From assembly GCA_938038815.1 (NCBI GenBank), contig CALHTF010000056.1, forward strand, positions 559-64,558: DNA of 64,000 bases. Reading direction: 5' to 3'. Of this stretch, positions 57,229-64,000 are shown piece by piece (position 1 is the stretch's first letter; each line of letters begins with the position of its first letter). A program made the position numbers and the translations under genes. Origin of the DNA: an uncultured Acidimicrobiales bacterium. Its GTDB lineage: Bacteria; Actinomycetota; Acidimicrobiia; Acidimicrobiales; SHLQ01. The notes under the pieces are model-generated. The model saw nothing but the letters and a program-made list of their open reading frames with translations. It was not told the DNA's origin and did no database searches.

Positions 57229-58503
57229 TTGGGGCTACAGGGATTTACCAAACGAGTCGATAACTTTTCCGTGGACGACATCGAAGTCATACATCCCGTA
57301 CCGCTGGTCGAATTGATCGGCGACGCCATCCGCTTGAGCCGCCTCGACGGCAGCCGGGCCGCAGTTTTGGCCTGCACCGGCCAGATCGACGGCGCCGACG
57401 CCGACGAAGAAGCCAACCTTGTCCTGGGCGAACGCCTCGAACGAGTGCTTCGCGACGGCGACCAACTTCAGCCGTATCGCAACGGCTGGGTCGTGATCAG
57501 CTCCGACCTCGAAGGTGCCCACGCGCTTTCGCCAGTGGTCGACCGAGTGGTCGAAGCGCTCGAACAACCAATCCGCACCTTCGGCCAACCCCAACAGGTT
57601 CGGGCCGCAGTGGGTGTCGCTTTGGGCGACCGAAGCCAAGACCCCGAATCTCTGCTGCTCGGCGCCGATCTCGCTCTTGAGGCGTCACGCGCCCGCGGTG
57701 GCGGTGTGGAGACTCTCGAACCCAACCTGGGCGAAGCCATCTCCGCTCGCTTGCGCGACGAAACCGATCTTGATCACTCGATCGGCAGCGAACGCTTCGT
57801 CATGTTCCACCAGCCAATCGTGCCGCTGGGGCAGAACTGGAATCATCCCCGGGGCGTCGAAGTACTCGCCCGGTGGCTGCACCCCGAAGATGGTTTGGTG
57901 GGTCCCGACCGGTTCATCCCGGTTGCCGAAATCACCGGCCAGATGAACAACCTGGGTATCGAGCTGCTGCGCCTGGCATGTCGCGACCTCGCCCACACCG
58001 CCAACGAAAACGCCTTCTTGGCCCTGAACCTTTCGCCCCAACAGCTGTCGGACATGATGATCGTCAGCGACATCCTTGAAGAGGTCGAGTCGCACGGCGC
58101 TCCTCGTTCGGCGCTGGCCCTCGAGATCACCGAAGAGGTGCTGCTCGTCCCCGACGCTGACGTACGTGAAACCCTCGGCCGGTTGTCGGCTGCGGGGTTC
58201 AAGATCTTCCTCGACGACTTCGGTACCGGTCCGGCGAGCCTCGACTCGCTGCGCCAAGTGCCGCTCGATGCGGTGAAGATCGACGGCTCACGGATCAGCC
58301 CGAACCTCGACTGGACCTTCATCGAGATGGTGGTTTCAGTCGCCGATCAGATGGGTATCCCGACCATCGCCGAAGGGGTCGAAACCCCCGATCAGCTCGA
58401 AGCGTTGGTCGCCCTGGGCATCGACTACGCCCAAGGCTTTGAGATCGGGGCCCCGCAACCGTTGCTCGCTCCGGTAGCCGAACCAGAACAAGACGCCGCG
58501 TAG
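57229..58503 (+). CDS. Degenerate-GGDEF / EAL domain protein (probable c-di-GMP phosphodiesterase)
   Basis: EAL signatures are present: [40 protein letters not shown]. The upstream GGDEF-like fold carries YRNGW in place of GG(D/E)EF. Start uncertain (TTG 57229 or GTG 57271). Confidence 0.85.
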   Translation: MGLQGFTKRVDNFSVDDIEVIHPVPLVELIGDAIRLSRLDGSRAAVLACTGQIDGADADEEANLVLGERLERVLRDGDQLQPYRNGWVVISSDLEGAHALSPVVDRVVEALEQPIRTFGQPQQVRAAVGVALGDRSQDPESLLLGADLALEASRARGGGVETLEPNLGEAISARLRDETDLDHSIGSERFVMFHQPIVPLGQNWNHPRGVEVLARWLHPEDGLVGPDRFIPVAEITGQMNNLGIELLRLACRDLAHTANENAFLALNLSPQQLSDMMIVSDILEEVESHGAPRSALALEITEEVLLVPDADVRETLGRLSAAGFKIFLDDFGTGPASLDSLRQVPLDAVKIDGSRISPNLDWTFIEMVVSVADQMGIPTIAEGVETPDQLEALVALGIDYAQGFEIGAPQPLLAPVAEPEQDAA

Positions 58504-58509
58504 CTGAGC

Positions 58510-58767
58510 CTACAAACCCGTCAGCACACCGGTGATGGTTGGCTCCGGTGGGTCGCTGCCGCTGATCACGAATACAAAGATCCCGGCGCACACGAGTAAC
58601 AGGCCGATCACGATCGCGGCGATCACCCGTTTGGGGATCGGCGCCTGAGGTTGGTCGTCGGCACCGCCGGGCTCGCTGGCGCCGCTGGACCCACCCGATC
58701 CGCCAGGCCGGCCGCGCTTTAGCGCCAGGGTCAAAGAGCCAAAAAGGTTGAGGTCGGTGCGAATCAT
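58510..58767 (-). CDS. Small single-pass membrane protein (85 aa)
   Basis: ATG 58767 overlaps the hydrolase stop (ATGA). A G/S-rich segment is followed by the TM helix VIAAIVIGLLLVCAGIFVFVI. Lies within a longer, otherwise implausible ORF. Confidence 0.5.
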   Translation of the reverse strand: MIRTDLNLFGSLTLALKRGRPGGSGGSSGASEPGGADDQPQAPIPKRVIAAIVIGLLLVCAGIFVFVISGSDPPEPTITGVLTGL

Positions 58768-59612
58768 GATCGTCCTGCCGCGTGGTGAACCGATTCGAGG
58801 AACGGAGCCACAAACCGTTTGGGGTGCAACACCGGGGCGTCGTGGGTGCCGGTGGTGGTGAACACCTTGGCATGGGGCATCGAGTTGGCCAGTGCCCATT
58901 GACGCTCGGCCGGAACCATCGTGTCGTCGGTGACCACCAGTACCGACAGTGGCAGTTCGTCGTCGACCTCGCCGATCCATCCTTGGGCGTTGAATCGGCC
59001 GAGTTCGCGGCCGGCTTGAAGAAGGAGCCGAGGGTCGCCTTGGAGGATCTGCTCGCGCATCCACGGCGAGAACTTGGTGGTGCCGATCCGCCACTCGACC
59101 AAATGCTTGAACACCGGTTGACGCAGGCGAGCGGGGATGACCCGTGCGGTTTGGGCGAGGGGCGCGAGCAGCGGGAACTCGGCTCGTTCGATCGCGGTGA
59201 TGTTGAACCGGCTCGCCGTGGCGCACAGGACCAATCCGTCGATGCGGTGGGGGTGGCGGTGCCACATCGTCATGGCTACCGGGCCGCCGAGCGAGTAGCC
59301 CACGGGGATGCAGGTGGCGATCCCGAGCACGTCGAGTAGTGCGGCAGCGTCGTCGGCCACATCGCTAAAGCGGAATCGCTCGCGTGAGCGGATGCCGCGA
59401 CCGTGGCCCCGATGGTCGAGGGCCACCACGTTGTAGTGCTCGCCTAACGGGGCATAGGTGTGGAACCAGTTGAGGTCGGCGTTGACGAACCAGCCGTGTA
59501 GCAACAACACGGTTGGCGCGCCTGGTGGACCCTCGATCGTGCGCACAAACGTTTCGCCCCGACCAGGGAGCGCAACGGTTTGGCCCGGCGGAAGGTCGGG
59601 GGTTTCGCTCAC
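58764..59612 (-). CDS. Alpha/beta-fold hydrolase
   Basis: 282 aa. Shows LLLHGW, nucleophile elbow GYSLGGP, and a C-terminal H in TGTHDAP. Its start overlaps the greA stop by 4 nt. Confidence 0.9.
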   Translation of the reverse strand: MSETPDLPPGQTVALPGRGETFVRTIEGPPGAPTVLLLHGWFVNADLNWFHTYAPLGEHYNVVALDHRGHGRGIRSRERFRFSDVADDAAALLDVLGIATCIPVGYSLGGPVAMTMWHRHPHRIDGLVLCATASRFNITAIERAEFPLLAPLAQTARVIPARLRQPVFKHLVEWRIGTTKFSPWMREQILQGDPRLLLQAGRELGRFNAQGWIGEVDDELPLSVLVVTDDTMVPAERQWALANSMPHAKVFTTTGTHDAPVLHPKRFVAPFLESVHHAAGRS

Positions 59613-60079
59613 TCGATCGAGACGATCTTGACCTTCAGCGCACCGCCGGGAGCGTCGTAGCTAACCGTGCTGCCGACCGATGCGCCGACCAACGCTTCGC
59701 CCAACGGGGACCCGGGGGAGATGACATCGAGATCGCCGACCCGCTCCTCGATCGAACCAATCAGGTACCGCTCGGTGTCGTCGTCGCCTTCGTAGGCAAT
59801 GTTGACGATCGATCCGGCGAGCACGGTGTCGCCGCCGCCGGTGGTCTCGACGATCTGGGCGTCTTCGATCAGCTTCGCCAGATGCATGATCCGGCCTTCC
59901 ATCTTGCCCTGCTCCTCCTTGGCGGCGTGGTAGTCGCCGTTCTCGGAAAGGTCGCCCAGTTCGCGGGCGGTTTCGATCTTCTTTGCGATCTCGATACGGC
60001 CGCGAGTGGTGAGGTCTTCGTGCTCGGCGGCGAGGCGGTCATAGGCCGCCTGAGAGAGTTGAGTTTCAGCCATGGACAA
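59609..60079 (-). CDS. greA: Transcription elongation factor GreA
   Basis: 156 aa. Shows ARELGDLSENGDYHAAKEEQ (coiled-coil tip with acidic residues) and a C-terminal FKBP-like domain. Confidence 0.95.
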   Translation of the reverse strand: MSMAETQLSQAAYDRLAAEHEDLTTRGRIEIAKKIETARELGDLSENGDYHAAKEEQGKMEGRIMHLAKLIEDAQIVETTGGGDTVLAGSIVNIAYEGDDDTERYLIGSIEERVGDLDVISPGSPLGEALVGASVGSTVSYDAPGGALKVKIVSIE

Positions 60080-60183
60080 ATAATAACGCCCCCACCGACC
60101 GGCCCGTCGCGCGTTTGGTGGTTCTGTGCTGGGCGTTGGTGCCCGCTTCTAAGCCAGCGGGGCGCTCTCAGTAGGATTCGACC

Positions 60184-61179
60184 ATGGCAAGCGCACACAA
60201 AGTAGGCATCATCGGTGGCGACGGCATTGGCCCGTCGGTTATTGCTGAGGGGCTCAAGGTCATCAAAGCGGCGGGCGTCGAGCTCGAAACGGTCGACTAC
60301 GACTTGGGTGGCGCACGCTACCTCAACGATGGTGTGGTTCTTCCCGACGAGGTGCTCGACGAGTGGCGAGGCCTCGATGCGCTCTACCTCGGTGCGGTCG
60401 GTACCCCGGAGGTTCCGCCGGGCCTTATCGAACGAGGGCTGCTGCTCAAGATGCGTTTTGCGCTCGACCTCTACATCAACCGCCGGCCGTTCGTGTACGA
60501 AGGCGACGACACTCGCGGTCCGCACGAGTTCATCGTGATTCGCGAGAACACCGAAGGTACCTACGCTGGCGAGGGCGGTTTCCTCCGCAAAGAAACCCCC
60601 GCCGAAATCGCCACCCAAGGTTCGGTGAACACCCGCCACGGTGTCGAGCGCTGCATCCGGTATGCCTTTGAGCTTGCGCAGTCACGCCCTCGCAAGCATC
60701 TGACCTTGGTTCACAAGACCAACGTGCTTACGTTCTCGGGTTCGCTGTGGGAGCGCACCTTCAACGAGGTAGCGGCCGAGTTCTCCGATGTCGAAACCAA
60801 CTACAACCACGTCGATGCAGCGTGCATCTACTTCGTGCAGAGCCCCGAGCAGTACGACGTCATCGTCACCGACAACCTGTTCGGCGACATCCTCACCGAC
60901 CTGGGCGGAGCGGTTTCGGGCGGGATCGGGTTCGCCTCGTCGGCCAACCTCAACCCCGAAGGCGTGTCGATGTTCGAGCCCGTTCACGGTTCGGCTCCCG
61001 ACATCGCCGGACAGAACAAGGCCAACCCGACCGCCGCTGTGCTGTCAGGAGCCATGATGCTCGACCACCTGGGCGAGACCGACGCCGCCGACCGAATCCG
61101 GGCCGCGGCCGCCGACACCGAATCGCTTGTTGGCTCGACCACCGAGGTCGGCGACCTGTTGGCATCGAGGGTTTCCTAA
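60184..61179 (+). CDS. leuB: 3-isopropylmalate dehydrogenase
   Basis: 331 aa. Shows IGGDGIGP, VIRENTEGTYAG, NLFGDILTDLGG, and HGSAPDIAG. Confidence 0.95.
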   Translation: MASAHKVGIIGGDGIGPSVIAEGLKVIKAAGVELETVDYDLGGARYLNDGVVLPDEVLDEWRGLDALYLGAVGTPEVPPGLIERGLLLKMRFALDLYINRRPFVYEGDDTRGPHEFIVIRENTEGTYAGEGGFLRKETPAEIATQGSVNTRHGVERCIRYAFELAQSRPRKHLTLVHKTNVLTFSGSLWERTFNEVAAEFSDVETNYNHVDAACIYFVQSPEQYDVIVTDNLFGDILTDLGGAVSGGIGFASSANLNPEGVSMFEPVHGSAPDIAGQNKANPTAAVLSGAMMLDHLGETDAADRIRAAAADTESLVGSTTEVGDLLASRVS

Positions 61180-61180
61180 C

Positions 61181-62842
61181 GTGTCCGAGCCCGACGACCA
61201 GACACCGGCCCCGCCGGTCGACCGGTCTCCGAACTACAACCCTGCGTGGCCAACCTCGGTCGAGATCTTCGACACGACGCTGCGCGACGGTGCACAGTTC
61301 GAGGGAATTTCGCTGACCGTCAACGACAAACTTCGGGTTGCTGAGCAGCTCGAAGACTTGGGCGCCCACTGGATTGAGGGCGGGTGGCCCGGGGCCAACC
61401 CGAAAGACGAAGAGTTCTTCGCCCGGGCAAAGACCGAACTCGACCTCAAAGCCTCCAACCTGGTTGCGTTCGGCATGACCCGCCGGGCCAAAGGCAAAGT
61501 CGACGACGACCCCACCTTGGCCAACCTGGTGAACGCGGGAACCGAAACCGTATGTCTGGTTGGCAAGACCTGGGACTACCACGTCACCCAGGCGCTGCGC
61601 ACCACCCTCGACGAAGCGGTAGCGATGGTGCGCGACTCGGTTGCGTACCTCAAGGCCCAAGACCTTCGGGTGTTCTTCGACGCCGAGCACTTCTTCGACG
61701 GGTATCGCCGGAACCCCGAGTTCACGATGCGAGTTCTTGAAGGCGCCGCCATGGCCGGCGTCGACTGCCTCGTGCTGTGCGACACCAACGGCGGGTCGCT
61801 GCCTCACGACATCGAGACGACGGTCGGCGAGGTGGTCAAGTACTTCAGCGGCACCCAAATCGGCATGCATACCCAGAACGACACCGGCTGCGCGCTCGCC
61901 AACGCCATCGCGGGCGTCCGAGCCGGTGCAACACACGTGCAGGGCACGATGAACGGCTACGGCGAGCGCACCGGCAACTGCGACCTCACCGCCCTGGTGC
62001 CGAACCTCACGCTCAAGATGGGCATCGAAACCCTGCCCAAGGAGCGCATCGAACGACTGAGCACGGTGTCGCACGCCGTCGCCGAGATCGTCAACTTGGC
62101 ACCCCAACCCCAGCAGCCATATGTGGGTGCGTCGGCGTTCGCTCACAAGGCTGGCTTGCACACCTCGGCGATCGCCCGCCGACCCGATAGCTACGAACAC
62201 GTCGATCCGGCCGAGGTTGGTAACGCCACGCGGTTCTTGGTCAGCGACCTCGGCGGCCGGTCGACTCTGGCGCTCAAGGCTGCTGAATTCGGGGTGGAGA
62301 TCGACGGTGGTGCGCTCGGCGATCTGAGCGAGCGGCTCAAAACCCTCGAACACCAGGGCTACTTCTTTGAGGCGGCCGACGCCTCGCTCGAACTCCTCAT
62401 GCACGAGGCGGCGGGTTGGAGCCAGCCGTACTTCGAGCTCGAATCCTACAAGGCGTCGGTCGACCACCGGTCTGGTTCGGGCGCCCGAGTCTGGAACGAA
62501 CTCGACGCCGATCTGGTCACCGAAGCGGTCGTGAAGATCCGGATCGGCGATGACCGTCGGGTCGGCTTTGGCGAAGGCAACGGCCCCGTCAACGCGCTCG
62601 ATAGCGCGCTGCGTGAAGCCCTGAACGGCAGGTATCCGGCGCTCGAACAGATGCGACTCACCGACTACAAGGTTCGGGTGCTCGACTCGGGCGCGGGAAC
62701 CGGTGCGGTCACCCGGGTGTTGCTCGACAGCCGCAACGGCTCGAAGTCCTGGACCACCATCGGTGTTTCGCCCAACATCATCGAGGCGTCGTGGCAGGCC
62801 CTGGCCGATTCGTTTGTGTACGGGCTGTTGCATAGCTCCTGA
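61181..62842 (+). CDS. cimA: (R)-citramalate synthase (LeuA-family, CimA type)
   Basis: GTG 61181 lies 2 nt after the leuB stop. Shows IFDTTLRDGAQFEGIS, IEGGWPGANPKD, FDAEHFFDGY, LCDTNGG and NGYGERTGN, plus a LeuA-dimer-like C-terminal domain. Confidence 0.85.
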   Translation: MSEPDDQTPAPPVDRSPNYNPAWPTSVEIFDTTLRDGAQFEGISLTVNDKLRVAEQLEDLGAHWIEGGWPGANPKDEEFFARAKTELDLKASNLVAFGMTRRAKGKVDDDPTLANLVNAGTETVCLVGKTWDYHVTQALRTTLDEAVAMVRDSVAYLKAQDLRVFFDAEHFFDGYRRNPEFTMRVLEGAAMAGVDCLVLCDTNGGSLPHDIETTVGEVVKYFSGTQIGMHTQNDTGCALANAIAGVRAGATHVQGTMNGYGERTGNCDLTALVPNLTLKMGIETLPKERIERLSTVSHAVAEIVNLAPQPQQPYVGASAFAHKAGLHTSAIARRPDSYEHVDPAEVGNATRFLVSDLGGRSTLALKAAEFGVEIDGGALGDLSERLKTLEHQGYFFEAADASLELLMHEAAGWSQPYFELESYKASVDHRSGSGARVWNELDADLVTEAVVKIRIGDDRRVGFGEGNGPVNALDSALREALNGRYPALEQMRLTDYKVRVLDSGAGTGAVTRVLLDSRNGSKSWTTIGVSPNIIEASWQALADSFVYGLLHSS

Positions 62843-62867
62843 ACGACGAGCGAGTAACCTACAACCC

Positions 62868-63401
62868 ATGGCAGCACCCGAATTTGTTCCGTCGGCTTCG
62901 ATCCAGACGAAGAGCTACGTTTCGCCTCCCCGGCGCGACTCACCCTGGACCGCCGATCGGCCCGGCGAAGTGGTTGGCGGTGGCCAACCCGCTGGAGAAC
63001 GGCTCGGTTCTCCCGGGCCCGACCAGGGCTACGCCCTCAAGCTGGTGCACCAGTTCGACGGCAAGCTGCACCTTGCCGACGGCGAAGACATCCACGATGT
63101 CGAAAGTGGGGGAGTAGCGGTTGCCATGCGCCGGTCGTCGATCTTTGGCCGAGCCCCGGTTATCCACGATCTCACCATTGCATTCACCATCTTTGGCTTC
63201 CTCGACCCGAACCCGGCCGACGAGCTGGTGGCTATGCGACGCAAGCTGTTCGAGGGTGTGCACATTCCGGTTCACTACGTGGAATCGCGGGCCTTGGTCG
63301 ACTCGGTCGACGAAGCAACCCTTCGTAAAAACCCCGGCCAGGTCGAGTCGGACTACAAGAACAACTGGAAGTCCTCGTTCGTCAGTAGTCCCGCCGACTA
63401 A
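62868..63401 (+). CDS. Hypothetical protein (177 aa)
   Basis: ATG 62868. Globular-looking composition. No recognisable motif. Confidence 0.6.
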   Translation: MAAPEFVPSASIQTKSYVSPPRRDSPWTADRPGEVVGGGQPAGERLGSPGPDQGYALKLVHQFDGKLHLADGEDIHDVESGGVAVAMRRSSIFGRAPVIHDLTIAFTIFGFLDPNPADELVAMRRKLFEGVHIPVHYVESRALVDSVDEATLRKNPGQVESDYKNNWKSSFVSSPAD

Positions 63402-63459
63402 TCGGGTGGCCACGATCGTTCTGTGACGCGACGCCGCTGATCAGCTACGATGCTGGCAT

Positions 63460-63936
63460 ATGTTTACAGTTGAGGGGGCGGGGGCCTCAAAACTGCGTGG
63501 GGCTTCAGACGCAGCGCACAGTGAATCGGCGTTTGATCCGTGTGCCCGAGCTGCCCTGGGTTTTCGCGGCTTTGGCGGCGCAATGGCCGTCGGTGGCACC
63601 GCGCTGATTGCGCTTCCGGCCGTGGGCCCGCTTTGTCCACTTCGTCGCACCACCGGCGTGCCATGCCCGGTCTGTGGCATGACGACCGGAACCTTCGCCA
63701 TGGTGCGCGGCGATGTTCTGGCGGCCTTTCTGGCCAACCCGCTCGCGCCGCTGCTGTTCGCCGTTGTACTGCTCGCATTCATCCCGCCGCTATGGCGCCA
63801 GCTCTGGCGGGCCGGCACCGCGCTCAAGGCATCGCTCGATGGCCCCGACGATTCGGCCCGCAGCCGTTGGTGGGTCACCGTGCCCGTCGTGGCCGCCCTG
63901 TGGCTGTACCAACTCCATCGTTTCGATCACCTGTAG
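63460..63936 (+). CDS. DUF2752-like membrane protein
   Basis: Shows CPLRRTTGVPCPVCGMTTG followed by NP and TM helices, matching the DUF2752 pattern. The start may be the internal ATG at 63583. Confidence 0.7.
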   Translation: MFTVEGAGASKLRGASDAAHSESAFDPCARAALGFRGFGGAMAVGGTALIALPAVGPLCPLRRTTGVPCPVCGMTTGTFAMVRGDVLAAFLANPLAPLLFAVVLLAFIPPLWRQLWRAGTALKASLDGPDDSARSRWWVTVPVVAALWLYQLHRFDHL

Positions 63937-64000
63937 CACGACCAAACAACGAATCTCGTTCTGTAACTTCTCAAACGCACGCTCGACTCAGAGCCTGTAC

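Noticed and set aside
60950-62869. Very long antisense ORFs opposite recognisable genes. Examples: 60950-62869(-) 639 aa, 7411-8523(-), 31206-32666(-), 33714-34967(-), 45198-46250(-), 49748-50794(-), 11913-13133(-), 5422-6450(-).
   Set aside because: Each lies antisense to a gene with clear family motifs. Their translations are R/G/P-rich with no motifs, the usual stop-codon-poor artefact of high-GC DNA.
1-64000. Search for mobile elements, CRISPR arrays, toxin-antitoxin pairs, restriction-modification or other defence modules, and for rRNA or tRNA genes.
   Set aside because: I saw no spaced direct-repeat arrays and no transposase, integrase, recombinase, nuclease or methylase motifs. GC composition is uniform except for short promoter gaps. 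The window looks like core chromosome, so I do not claim a novel defence-type system.

Overview
High-GC actinobacterial-type chromosome segment (gene content and LexA-box type suggest Actinobacteria, possibly Acidimicrobiia-like; no rRNA or tRNA in view to confirm). It reads as densely packed core genome. I recognise no transposase, integrase, phage gene, CRISPR array, tRNA, rRNA or defence gene, and I cannot point to a convincing new multi-gene system. Content, left to right: (1) fbiD/cofC plus a coupled hydantoinase-like gene, gpsA, rnhB. (2) An alpha-glucoside utilisation locus: GH13 alpha-glucosidase, LacI repressor, solute-binding protein and two permeases, with two copies of one 14-bp operator and a separate MsiK-like ATPase. 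(3) Assorted oxidoreductases. (4) A LexA-controlled imuA'-imuB mutagenesis cassette. (5) A fatty-acid/acyl-CoA block (FadD, ACAD, thiolase, crotonases, CoA-transferase, carboxyltransferase). (6) Serine genes (serC, serA) with an aminotransferase. (7) A BcsA-like GT2 synthase with a PilZ-like tail, and a beta-propeller lipoprotein. (8) leuCD, a degenerate-GGDEF/EAL protein, greA, leuB and cimA. The most unusual observations are: a 949-aa MalF-type permease whose about 520-aa N-terminal extension contains an internal duplication; a hydantoinase-family ATPase translationally coupled to fbiD; an orphan PilZ-tailed glycan synthase near a sensor-less EAL protein; a two-copy REP-like hairpin element with a compensatory stem change; an FNR fused to a second flavoprotein-like module; a decayed sterol-desaturase remnant; and an in-frame 24-bp tandem duplication in leuC. 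All functional calls come from motif recognition by eye in the supplied translations. No database search was run.
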